From: Cyanophora paradoxa CCMP329
Lineage: Eukaryota > Plantae > Glaucophyta
DNA: 64,000 nucleotides
Direction of reading: 5' to 3'
NCBI GenBank assembly: GCA_004431415.1
Contig: QPMI01000662.1
Location: 117,747 to 181,746, forward strand
A model generated the notes under the pieces. That model was not told the origin of the DNA, did not search any database, and worked only from the letters and a program-made list of their open reading frames with translations. The translations under genes were made by a program, and so were the position numbers. Of the stretch, positions 22,757 to 34,987 are shown piece by piece (within the stretch, counting starts at the first letter, position 1; each line of letters opens with the position of its first letter).

Positions 22757-24130
22757 ATGCCCTCAGCACAGATAGGATTGCGACCCATTCCTAAAATCGT
22801 AAAGAAGAGCATGAAAGAAGACCAAGGGAACATGCTACCGATAACCATTCCGGTCGAAGAGAAGAACACACGAATCTTAAAGAAGTCGGAGATGGTTAAA
22901 CAACTGATCCCGGAGGCATTGCCTACTGAGACTGTAACGAAAGAATCGAAGATCGCGAAGAAGTTTTACGATCCGCGCACAGGTTACAAAGGTTTCGGGG
23001 CAATGAGAAAGGAACTACCAGAGGAAGACTACAAGAAGATGAGAGAATGGTATGATAAACAGGAAGTCGTTCAGATAAACGCACCGACCCTTTCAAGAAA
23101 GAGAGATCCGATGATTCCGATTCGGCAACCTCTCGATACCTACGTAATCGATCTGCTCTTCTTCCCAGCATACAAGAACCAAAACGACGGATACGATACG
23201 TTCATGTCCGCGATGGAATCTACCTTACGCACGGGTTACATCATTCCGATGAGAGATAAGAGCGCTCTTACGGCGCTTGCGGCGTTTGAACAGCTACAAC
23301 GAAGAGTTCCTCGACCTATCGCACGCGTTCAGAGTGACAGCGGAAGCGAGTTCACAAATAACATGTTCACGAATTACCTTGCTAAGAAGTTCATAGACCA
23401 TCAGATAAGCGATGTCGCAGATCATCGAAGCCAAGGTAGAATCGAAGCGTTTAACAAGCAGATCAAACGATTGATCACGAACTATTGCATAGCAAACAAC
23501 ACAGCGCGATTCTTCGATGTATTGGGAGACATTGAGTATAACTATAATAATACCATCCACTCAGCAACCAAGAGAAAACCAGCAGAAACGACGGAAGATC
23601 ATTACCGTGAGATTATCGGATTAGAAGATGAGAGGTTCAAGAAGTCGATTGCTTACTTGGATGGTATCAAACAGGGTATGTTTGTGAGAGTGAGAATAGA
23701 AAAGAACCCATTCGCTAAACAAGGTGTCAATTGGTCGCGAATCGTCTATACTGTCGAAGGGAGAGAGGGTTTCAAGTTCAGGTTGCGAAATCCGAACGGC
23801 GAAATGGTCGAAGGGAGATTCGCTTTCCACGAACTGTTACCTATCAAAGGTGTTGAGTATCACGAAGCGCCCACAGTGGATGCACTTGAACAAGCGAAAG
23901 AAGAAGCCCGGGTCGATTCGGCAATTCGCAAGGAAGGCATCGAAAAAGCGGATGACGTCCCAGAAGAACCGTTAACACAAGCCAGAACCAAGAAGAAAGG
24001 TAAGGCGGAACGTGAATTAAAGAAGTTAACCATAGCAGGAACCCAGAAACTATCAGAAGTCAACAGTCAGAGATGGTATACAGACTTTCAGACCTCAAAA
24101 GAGACATATTCAGCCCACAAACCCGGGTAA
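22757..24130 (+). CDS. Retroviral-like (rve, DDE) integrase of Polinton type
   Basis: YVIDLL (D), QSDSGSEF (D), GRIEAFNKQIK (E), YNNTIHSATKRKP, followed by an SH3-like FVRVR...NWS...YTV segment. Confidence 0.92.
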   Translation: MPSAQIGLRPIPKIVKKSMKEDQGNMLPITIPVEEKNTRILKKSEMVKQLIPEALPTETVTKESKIAKKFYDPRTGYKGFGAMRKELPEEDYKKMREWYDKQEVVQINAPTLSRKRDPMIPIRQPLDTYVIDLLFFPAYKNQNDGYDTFMSAMESTLRTGYIIPMRDKSALTALAAFEQLQRRVPRPIARVQSDSGSEFTNNMFTNYLAKKFIDHQISDVADHRSQGRIEAFNKQIKRLITNYCIANNTARFFDVLGDIEYNYNNTIHSATKRKPAETTEDHYREIIGLEDERFKKSIAYLDGIKQGMFVRVRIEKNPFAKQGVNWSRIVYTVEGREGFKFRLRNPNGEMVEGRFAFHELLPIKGVEYHEAPTVDALEQAKEEARVDSAIRKEGIEKADDVPEEPLTQARTKKKGKAERELKKLTIAGTQKLSEVNSQRWYTDFQTSKETYSAHKPG

Positions 24131-24268
24131 ATCTAAGATCCAGTTCGCGAAAGTAGCATAGATGTGTAGAGGATGCAAAGAGGATTCCGGCGATGGTCGC
24201 GGTTTCGAAAATGGATGAGTTGGTGAAGAGTTACAGCAGTGTGTATGAATTTCTTGGAATTTTGGGTT

Positions 24269-24506
24269 CAGTTATCATATCATACCTCTCCCCCGGTTAT
24301 CATATCATATCATATCATACTTTCCCCCCCCAGTTATCATACTTCTCCCCCCAGTTATCATACTTCTCCCCCCAGTTATCATACTTCCCCCAGTTATCAT
24401 AATTAATCCCCCAGTTATCATAATTCATCCCCCAGTTATCATATCATACTTCTCCCCCCAGTTATCATACTTCATCCCCCAGTTATCATATCACACTTCT
24501 TCCCCC
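24269..24506 (+). repeat. ~21-bp tandem repeats (CCCCCAGTTATCATACTTCT variants)
   Basis: About 10 copies of CAGTTATCATA separated by C-runs, in the non-coding gap between the convergent integrase and patatin genes. Confidence 0.85.
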
Positions 24507-24966
24507 AATGACGTCACGACATATATACCGCATATATACACGTGACGTCACGACATATATACACTATATATACCAAAACCTCCGTAATGCCGGTTGACCA
24601 AGAAAAAAATGTTTGGAAAAATGTATATATACGTATACATATACATATATATAATCAAAAAAATCGGAAAAAATTCCCTCTCTTTTCTATCGTATAAATG
24701 CGCCCGTCACATCGACTCTCATGGTCGGGGCATTTATATATACCAGCGGATATATTCGTATATATCTTGTTCTCAGTGGGAAACCTATATAGAAAACATC
24801 GTTTATTGCAAGCGGAAAGCCCCCGTTATATGATACATCCCAGAATTATGTGCATTATTTATATTCTCACATACAAACATTCTATTCACACCTTCATACT
24901 TGATATATGACCATGAAACCCCATCTTGCGATGTTGCAACATTGAAAGTCTTAATAAACGCAGTTG

Positions 24967-26220
24967 TTATACCTGACCATAAGCAATTATCGAAGCGATC
25001 TCATATGTATATGGGAATGCTATTTGCAGATATTCTGTTGGCGTTTCCCATACTCCGTTAATTGCGGATGCATTCGCTTCCCATCCAGTTAATGATGGGC
25101 GGGCTTTAAATGCCTCCTTTCCAAATTTCGCAGACGAAGCGGTAAACGCATTATCAGGTAGAAGATACCAATTAGCATCAATGGGAGGTATGTTATTAAG
25201 AGTGGATGATACATACGATCGGACAGGGTTCTTAATCTCATAGTTTGTTACCAGCAAATCACAGAGTCTATTAATCATATTGTCGTTTGCTTCTATATAC
25301 GATTCGGTCGCAGCTATCATTTCAGGAATCTTAGAGGTATCATCAAGGGAGTTCAATATATCTTTCGGAAGCGGCACAGAGAGTCTATAATATCTTGCAT
25401 ATCCTTGGTCATCGTTATATGGTAGAAACTCATGCATCTTTTCAAGAGCAGACAGTTCACTTGCAGCCATAAGCATATTGATTAATGGACTTCCAGAGGT
25501 CGAAGCAATCCATGAGAGAATACCCCAGGTATTCACGTTCTCATAAGGATAACCGACGGTTGATGCATCGGTTTCGTTAACCTCACCACAAGAGATGCTA
25601 ATAACTATAATGTCGTCGTCGTTATCATATATCTTTTTCGCGTGACTGTAACCACAAACGCTTGGGTTATTGTTACCAGATATTGCACCATCAATTAGAC
25701 ACATGCCGTCGTAATCGACAGGAGCGAAATATGTAGGAGCGGCAGAAGTAGAACGTGCTGCAATCTTACTTGGTATGGTCTTGTAATCGTTGTCGTTTGC
25801 TATAAAAATGGGTTTCATGCTTACAGTGTCGAACGTCGTAATCACCACGTCTTTCAGGGAATCTTTTATGAGAGCTTCCCCAGTCACAAAGAGAATGGCG
25901 GTCTCTAATGGTGTTACGTCGTATTTCGTATTAAAAAGGGCATTCTCTATGATGTTTCGTGGATTCGCAAAGATCAGAGGGAGATGATAGAGGTAAGTAT
26001 CGTGAAGGTCGGTTGCAGTTAGTTTAGGTTCATTTGGAAATTCGGGGTTTTTCACATTGAGACCGATTGCAATAATACCGCCTGTGGATGTTCCACTTAC
26101 GAGATCTACAAGATCGATCACGCGTTTACCGGTTCTTGTTTCGATCTCTTTTAGCAATCTTGTTATGATGATACCACGAGCGCCACCTCCGGACAAAGAT
26201 AATACGACTTTTAGGGGCAT
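24967..26220 (-). CDS. Patatin-like phospholipase with partial C-terminal discoidin (F5/8C)-like segment
   Basis: SGGGARG oxyanion loop, GTSTG nucleophile, SAAPTYF and DGA catalytic Asp. The tail LPDNAFTASS...W...EYLQIAF...I..IIAYG is discoidin-like. Confidence 0.88.
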   Translation of the reverse strand: MPLKVVLSLSGGGARGIIITRLLKEIETRTGKRVIDLVDLVSGTSTGGIIAIGLNVKNPEFPNEPKLTATDLHDTYLYHLPLIFANPRNIIENALFNTKYDVTPLETAILFVTGEALIKDSLKDVVITTFDTVSMKPIFIANDNDYKTIPSKIAARSTSAAPTYFAPVDYDGMCLIDGAISGNNNPSVCGYSHAKKIYDNDDDIIVISISCGEVNETDASTVGYPYENVNTWGILSWIASTSGSPLINMLMAASELSALEKMHEFLPYNDDQGYARYYRLSVPLPKDILNSLDDTSKIPEMIAATESYIEANDNMINRLCDLLVTNYEIKNPVRSYVSSTLNNIPPIDANWYLLPDNAFTASSAKFGKEAFKARPSLTGWEANASAINGVWETPTEYLQIAFPYTYEIASIIAYGQV

Positions 26221-26268
26221 CTTTACTTATCTTAAATTTAATAAATCTGTATAAGTAGAGCAAGCAGG

Positions 26269-29200
26269 ATGAGTTTCAATTATCCAGCAAATTTACAGAC
26301 AGTATCAGGTGGTGGTAAAGGGAACCCAAAACATGTGAACTTTGATAATATCACCATTAAAGGGTCGGCTTCTATTGATCAGAGCGCGGATAAACCTCGA
26401 AAACTCATCCCCGGGTTCATGCTTTATCGGTGAACCAAACGGATCCTGATAAAGAAGATGTTAGCATTGCTTTCAGTTTGGGCAATGTTAAAAAAAACGC
26501 TGTTGCAGAGATCAAGGCAACCAGAAGGAGACCACGGAAACTTAAAACCAGTGGAACGCATCCCGATATTCCCACACGATTCGATAGCGGACGTTTGGTT
26601 TTCAACGTCCAGGATGAGAAGGGAGTTCATCGTAGCGGTTTGAGAATTTATAATGAAGGATCAAATACGATTGCACAAATTCCCCAGATTTTACAGGTAG
26701 CCCCACATGGCGAAGAGAATCAGATTCGCCACACCAACAGTATTTATCCGAAGGACATCGTCGAAAATGCAGAAACTAATGCACTGTTTGGTTTCACTCT
26801 TCCACAGGATACTTCCAAAGAAAAAGATTCAATCACGGTCGATAGTAGCCCCAGTCAACCAGTAGCCATTCATTTACACCCCGACCTTGTCGAAATGGAT
26901 AGGCATTTACTACCTTTGAAAACAAATACCAAAGACCTTGGTATTAGAACCGACAGTGGCGAAATATTCACGGTAGCAACGTGTATGCAAACGGTGAGAA
27001 ACTTGTAAGCGAGAAAACTATCAGAGAAATATTCGAACATTACGGACCTGTTCCGGTTCCGTTTCCTCTACCATGGGATCCGCCAGATCTTACACCAAAG
27101 AAGCAACCAGGAAGAGAGTATACAGCAGAAGAGAACGTTGCATTTGGGCAACATATCGTGAGTTGGGAAAAAGTTCGAAACAAACCAGTATTTACAGTGT
27201 ATCAACCACCAACAGAAGAGCTTCTTGCACCAGATGTGAACGTTATACCTCTTGAAGATCGAAGATTTGAAGAAGATAATGAGTTACCTGATGGTTTCGA
27301 TCCGAACCTTATAACATACGATCGCTACGAACCATATGACGAACAGCTTTTACCTGATGGATTTGCACCTGATCTCTTCGATTTTATAGTTGATTGGGAG
27401 GACATCCGAAATAAACCACAAACATATCCACCTGATCCCCATGGTCATGATTGGGACGAGATCGAAAACAAACCTGATAGATTTCCACCTGTGGATCATA
27501 GACACGATTGGGAGGATATTGACAGAATACCCGAAGAATTCCCACCAGCAGATCATCGACACACTTGGGACGAAATCGATGCACCAGAAGAGTTTCCACC
27601 AGCACCACATAGACACAATTGGGACGAAATCGATCAGCAACCTACGTTCGCATCAGCAGGTGATGCTGTGAATGATGGGCTACATGGTGTGAGTCTCTAT
27701 AAGAATATAGACACAGAGGAAAGATTAATGTTAGATGCGTATTACGTCAATCGCCATGGAATAAATGCAGGCACCACAATGGAAGGCGAATTATATATCA
27801 GACCACCTACACGAGTTAATTTAGTTGCAGCAGGTGGAGGTATTGGAGTAATGCAGAATAAACCGGGCATCTATCTAACAAGTTACTACCCAGATGACAT
27901 CCCGATGACAGTTACATTACCACCTATCCCATCTCTTCCAGCTGATCCAATTAATTTTGTAGACAAAGATGCAGCAATCCAAATTAACGTTACTGATGTA
28001 AGCGCTTTTGATGGATCGCGACCAAAGTTAATATTCAGTCGAGAACGGCTCTTACCTGATGATTTAATTGGAGATCGAGACGATTATAAGCAATGTGAGA
28101 TAGGGTGGATTAAAACCAATTATAATGATGTTGATAAGCAAGGGGTCTTGGAAATCAATCAGAGAGCAGCAGCAAAAAACATACACAACGAAACAATATC
28201 ACGAGTGGTCACAGAGGATTATTTAGAAAACAAGAATTACATAGATGGAACCGAATTAGCTACGGCTTTGCTTCCTTTGGCGGCAGTTTCAACTGTCCAA
28301 TCTTGGTTAGGTAACTACCTTCCCCTCACAGGTGGAACCATAACAGGTAATCTGACAGTCAATGATACATTGAGTGTAGGTAAAGAGATACACCTAAGTG
28401 GAAATCAGTTCGAGAGAGGATCCCAAGATTTATCTACATATAATCCAAGGGAAATAGCAGATTGCCTACTTCACTTTAACGCAAACTCTGATAATTGGAA
28501 GAGTGGAGCGCTTGTTTATGAACTCAAAAATTACGCAAGGGGCGGCTCAGTTTGGAATTATATTAATGTAGTTAACACTCTTGTTAGTTACGGCAGTGTT
28601 ACTTTCAGCTTCCTCGGTCCAAATAGTAAAAAGTTCTACCAGGTGGCTACCACAAACACATTTTCATTCATCAATTATCAATATCAAACTTCTACTCTTT
28701 ATGATACTATTCCTTTCAGCGGAATTACGGTCTCATTTGTCATTCGATTTAAACCAAGCGTTCCAAATGAAACAGTTTTACGAATCGACGGCTCAACACA
28801 TGTGAATGGAAACAATCTCAGTTGGTTGATTACTAAAACAAGCGGGTATTTGAATGTCAATAAGAATGGCTACGATTTAGTGAGCATTCCAATATCAACA
28901 ACAGAAGGGAATTCTTGGACAATGTTCGATATTCGAGTAACAAGCACAACTGTTCATTTTGGAGTTAATGGAATTCATCGAGATACAATATCTGTTCCCG
29001 CCGATTCAAGATATCCACGCCAAGATGTCAATAAAATACATGTGGGTGATAGCGTTTCAAAATTCGATTTATGCGAACTTCTTTGTTATGGTAGAACCCT
29101 TTCAGATACAGAACTACAAAATATTAGATGGTATTTACAGCAAAAATACGGTTTTCCGGAAGACCCTTTAAATCCATATCCATTGGATAACAACAAGATT

Positions 29201-32200
29201 CTTGTTAGAACTAATGAGTTTAAAGTAACCGGCACCCTCTTGGCGACGAACGTTATTATGACTACATCAACCTCAGGCACAGTATCGACTATGAGCCTTC
29301 AAGAAAAAACAAATAGCTTGGAAGAGAGTATTTATACACAACAAGAGGCAATTACAGCACTCCAAACTGAGGATGCCGCACTTGCAACGAGAATAACTAC
29401 CATAGAGAGTGATTATACTTCTTCTAATGTGGTTCAGGAATGGATTGCGCCATTAACAGCATCGAATGTAGTTCAAGAATGGTTATCAGATTACTTACCT
29501 CTCACAGGCGGGACACTGTCAAGTAATCTTACCATTTCCGGTAATCTCAAAGTGTCAAGCAACATTGAATTAGGAACTCATGGGACGGTTTTAGATGTGA
29601 CTTATGACACACCCTATTATCCAATTACATCCAACACTGACCCTGCATTTACAATTCCGAACTGTTTGATAGCTGCAAAACCATCTGGCTACGCCCATCT
29701 ACAAAATGCAGGTGGGACTACTATTGTTAACCGAGCAACATTGGCTGTTCCATTTATCCCATCATTTTCTCTGGTGGAAATTCACCATACACATCATACT
29801 ATAAAATAAATCCTTTACTAAACAATCAACTCACCTTAAACTATGGTAGTCAAACTGTTGATTTGGCAACAAATAGAGTAAATACTGTTGATTGGAGTGC
29901 TGGATTAACATTCTTCTTTGTGGGAAGTGTGAGGTCACAAAACTACACCAACGGGGTGCTTAATATCGCTAATTATGGAGTGCATGAATGTGTGTTTGGA
30001 ACGCATATAGATTGGTTTGTGTCACCACCTGTCTGTAAATGGGCATGAGTAGATATATTAATGCAGCAGCTGGAATAAACATGCAATACGGTCAGCCAAC
30101 ATATAGTAATCTCCCGACTGTGCATATGCCTTTTGAAGAATATACGAATTGGAAATGTGCATACTGGGACACCACTGTGACTTCAAATAGCATATCGTAT
30201 TCAATGAATGGAAAGCATTTAGGAACTCTTGCTGGTAACTGGCTTCCACCATCAACATTTAATAATATAGGATCAAGGCATGCATGGGGGGAAACTGCCG
30301 AACTTATTGTTTTCAACAGGGCCTTGTCTGAGATTGAAAAGCAACAGGTAAGGTTTTATATTCAACAGCTGTATGGCTTTCCTATAACTCAACCTCTTTA
30401 CTATCCTGATAATATGCGAATATCAGCAAACTATCTCTATCTAAACAACTTACACATTGGTTCAAATGCTATCATTCCAAACTATACCACTTCAAATGTG
30501 GTTCAGGAATGGATTGCTCCATTAACAGCATCGAATGTGGTTCAGGAGTGGATTGCTCCATTTACAGCTTCAAATGTGGTTCAGGAGTGGATTGCTCCAT
30601 TAACAGCTTCAAATGTGGTTCAAGAATGGATAGATCACCACACTCACACAAAGTCTCAAATAACAGATTTCGCCCATTCTCATACAAAGTCAGAGATTAC
30701 AGATTTCGCCCACAATCATTTATGGGCAGACATCACAGACAAACCATTAACATTTGCACCTGCTGCTCACACTCACACAAAGTCTCAAATAACAGATTTC
30801 GCCCATTCTCATACAAAGTCAGAAATAACAGATTTCGCCCACACTCATTTATGGGCTGACCTCACTGATAAACCATTAACATTTGCACCTGCTGCGCACA
30901 CTCACACAAAGTCTCAAATAACAGATTTCGCCCATACTCATTTATGGGCAGATCTCACAGACAAACCGTTAACATTTACTCCTACTACTCACACTCACAC
31001 AAAATCACAAATAACAGATTTCGCCCATTCTCACACAAAGTCTCAAATAACAGATTTCGCCCATACTCATTTATGGGCAGATCTCACAGACAAACCGTTA
31101 ACATTTACTCCTACTACTCACACTCACACAAAATCACAAATAACAGATTTCGCCCATTCTCACACAAAGTCAGAGATTACAGATTTTGCACACACCCATT
31201 TATGGGCAGATCTCACAGACAAACCGCTCACGTTTACTCCTTCTGCGCACACTCACACAAAGTCTCAAATTACAGATTTCGCCCATTCTCACACAAAGTC
31301 AGAGATTACAGATTTTGCACACACCCATTTATGGGCAGATCTCACAGACAAACCGCTCACGTTTACTCCTTCTGCGCACACTCACACAAAGTCACAAATT
31401 ACAGATTTCGCCCATTCTCACACAAAGTCAGAGATTACAGATTTTGCACACACCCATTTATGGGCAGATCTCACAGACAAACCGCTCACGTTTACTCCTT
31501 CTGCGCACACTCACACAAAGTCTCAAATTACAGATTTCGCCCATTCTCATACAAAGTCAGAGATAACAGACTTTGCCCACACTCATTTATGGGCAGATCT
31601 CACAGACAAACCGCTCACGTTTACTCCTTCTGCGCACACTCACACAAAGTCTCAAATTACAGATTTCGCCCATTCTCATACGAAGTCAGAGATAACAGAC
31701 TTTGCCCACACTCATTTATGGAATGACATCACAGACAAACCGTTAACCTTTGCTCCTGCTGCCCATTCTCATTTATGGAACGACATCACCGATAAACCAT
31801 TAACCTTTGCTCCTGATGCTCATTCTCATGCATGGACAACCATTACAGGTAAACCATTAACCTTTGCTCCTGATGCTCACACTCACACAAAGTCTGAAAT
31901 AACAGACTTCGCCCACAATCATTTATGGGCGGACATCACAGACAAACCGTTAGCGTTCACTCCTACTACTCACACTCACACAAAGTCTCAAATTACTGAT
32001 TTTGCCCACACTCATTTATGGGCGGACATCACAGACAAACCGTTAACATTTGCTCCTGCTGCTCACTCTCATTTATGGAACGACATCACCGATAAACCAT
32101 TAACCTTTGCTCCTGATGCTCATTCTCATGCATGGACAACCATTACAGGTAAACCATTAACCTTTGCTCCTGATGCTCACACTCACACAAAGTCAGAGAT

Positions 32201-34075
32201 TACAGATTTCGCCCACACCCATTTATGGGCAGATCTCACAGACAAACCGCTCACGTTTACTCCTTCTACACACACTCACACAAAGTCTCAAATAACAGAT
32301 TTCGCCCACACCCATTTATGGGCAGACATCACAGACAAACCGTTAACATTTGCTCCTGCTGCGCACACTCATACAAAGTCTCAAATTACAGATTTCGCCC
32401 ATTCTCACACAAAGTCAGAGATTACAGATTTTGCACACACCCATTTATGGGCAGATCTCACAGACAAACCGCTCACGTTTACTCCTTCTGCGCACACTCA
32501 CACAAAGTCACAAATTACAGATTTCGCCCACACCCATTTATGGGCAGATCTCACAGACAAACCGCTCACGTTTACTCCTTCTGCGCACACTCACACAAAG
32601 TCTCAAATTACAGATTTCGCCCATTCTCATACAAAGTCAGAGATAACAGACTTTGCCCACACTCATTTATGGAATGACATCACAAACAAACCATTAACAT
32701 TTGCACCTGCTGCTCATACTCATGATTGGATAGGTATTACAAATAAACCTTTGCTGTTTCCGCCCGATGCTCATACACACCCTTGGAGTAGTATAACAGA
32801 AAAACCATTAACATTTCCGGCAACAGCTCACACTCATTTATGGAATGATATTACAGACAAACCAACATTTGCAACTGTTGCGACAACCGGAAAATATGAT
32901 GATTTAATTAACAAGCCAACATACACAGCGCCCACAAATTTTGACGCTACAAGTGGTATTTCCACAGACCGCACAGGAGAATGGAGAGATTATTTTGGGC
33001 AACCACTTGTAGGTAACACAAGCACTTGGGCAAACACATGGATTGATGGTGATGATGATTGTAGTAGCTGTAAGATGTATTGGACTGTTCCAACAGACAT
33101 GAAATCATGTTATATCTATTATACGTGTCAGTATGACAGTAGATACTTTAATGTTGTTGGAATTGAACCATCAAACAATACTTATATTCGTTTACGAGTA
33201 AATGCCTATGCTCCTGCAATTAATCCTGTAAGAGATTTTAAACAGTTTGTTGGAATAAATTGTGAAGGACTAACCAAAGTTGGTGTTCATGGACAGAAAG
33301 GAAGAATTTATTTACCCGGTCCAATTACTGTTGGATGGAGCAAAAACCCTGCTGTAACTTCACACAGTGGTTACTGTCATTGGGATAATATCTTCGGAAA
33401 ACCAACAGCTTCAACATCTGTCGGTCCTCACTCACACAGCAAAGCAGATATCACAGATTTTGCACATACTCACACAAAGGCAAATATTACAGATTTTGCC
33501 CATACTCACACTAAATCAGAAATCTCAGATTTGCCTTCTTTTGATCCATTCACAGCCAATACGATCACAGCAAATAATACTATGTATGTAGGATCGGGTT
33601 CAATAGTAACTCCTGCATCACCCACAAACCAAGAAACATGGTTCTTCCACAATTCCGCAAACTTTTATGATAAAACACTGCTCTGTCGTGGAAATGCTTA
33701 TGCAAGAGCATTTTATGCGATGAATGCAGGAACCACAAACACAATCAGCCAAGTTCCATCTTGGTATGATATAGAAAGACGTTTCAAATCAGGAAAATAT
33801 CAAGCCACAAGTGGTGTTATAAGCGCGGGTCAAACAACACAGCATGCATATGTTTTATATTGGGACCCACCTTTTTACACTCAGACACCTGTTGTAAATG
33901 CCACACTTCAAGGAACTCCTGCAACAAACCCAGGGATGTAGATTTTAGAATTGGAATCTCAAACTCCACAGCTAACTACACAACAATCTATGTGACATTC
34001 ATAGCATCCCCTACTCTATCTGAAAGTCGAAGTATCACATGCACTATCCATTGGACATGTCATGGTATACCATAA
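26269..34075 (+). CDS. Giant fibre/adhesin-like protein (~2600 aa if frameshifts are corrected) with phage tail-fibre repeats and two LamG/ConA-like domains
   Basis: ORFs 26269-26433, 26430-27008, 26981-29809, 29863-30048, 30039-33941 and 33860-34075 join by 1-bp shifts. Motifs: DLG...WRNI; HxHxWxxIxxKPxxFPP repeats; YLPLTGGT twice; ELLCYGRTLSDTE...YLQQKYG and ELIVFNRALSEIE...YIQQLYG. Confidence 0.65.
30636..32865 (+). repeat. Coding tandem array of His-x-His repeats (HTHTKSQITDFA / HTHLWADLTDKPLTFTPSA)
   Basis: Dozens of 12-aa and 19-aa units, directly visible in both DNA and translation. Confidence 0.95.
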
Positions 34076-34124
34076 TTAACTCACAGATCGCTTTATTTTT
34101 CTAATCTTCTTAGTAAAAGAAGCA

Positions 34125-34968
34125 ATGGGTGAATACAACCGAGTCCAATTACCGGTTTACGCATTGGGTGCGCCCGCAATTCATTTCAGACAACATGAAG
34201 TATCCGATGAGATTCGTGGTATGGAATCAACAGAACGCGCAAACTCAGGAAATGCGTTCGATAAAAACAGTGTGATTCGCGTAAAAGAACTACGAGCCGA
34301 TAAGAATTCGGGTGTGGTAAAAACAACTCAATTATTGGTTACAAATGCGAATTTTCAATCAGCAAACGGAGAACCCGATGCGTATGGTGTAGATATCAAA
34401 GCATTCCAATTCGACAATACGCGAGCCGCCGCCGTTATCCGATCAGGAGGCGCTGTTATTGGTGGTGGATGCCGAGTATCCGGAATGCTTGGCTCTTCTG
34501 CTGCGTTTAACGATATTCCGGACACCTTACCTGAACATGCAGATAATCCCCAACGAATGCGTATGTTTCTTCCATGTGGAGATTCCCCATATGCTTTTGC
34601 TATCATACGAGCAAATGTAAATATAAATGATGCTACCCAACCCAAGGTATTGACGGACCTTGGAAAATGGCTGATCAACTTTTACCGAAAGCGATTTACT
34701 CCATGTGTCGCTCTCAGAATGGAGGTGTAGAAGGATATACATTCATTGTTCAAGCGGTAGGTCATGGAGGGCGTGGATGGGTTATAAGAAATCCTGCAAC
34801 ACAACCCAACACTTTTGATTTTTGGCATCTGAGGTTGGAGGTTATGATATTATGATTTATGGATATCGTAATGATGAGGCGGCATGGGCTGTTGCTAACT
34901 GCATAAATCCCGATGCTCAACTATCGAATTTCTATAATGAACCATACCCCGAAGATCCCGTCCCATAA
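34125..34968 (+). CDS. Hypothetical protein A of a paralogue pair (frameshifted)
   Basis: RVKELRADKNSGVVKTTQLLVTNANF; other frames continue DQLLPKAIYSMCR...IVQAVG...IYGYRND...EDPVP*. Confidence 0.55.
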
Positions 34969-34987
34969 TTATGTTTCGATATATTAA

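Noticed and set aside
30509-32677. Long alternative-frame ORFs over the His repeats
   Set aside because: They are by-products of a stop-poor tandem repeat.
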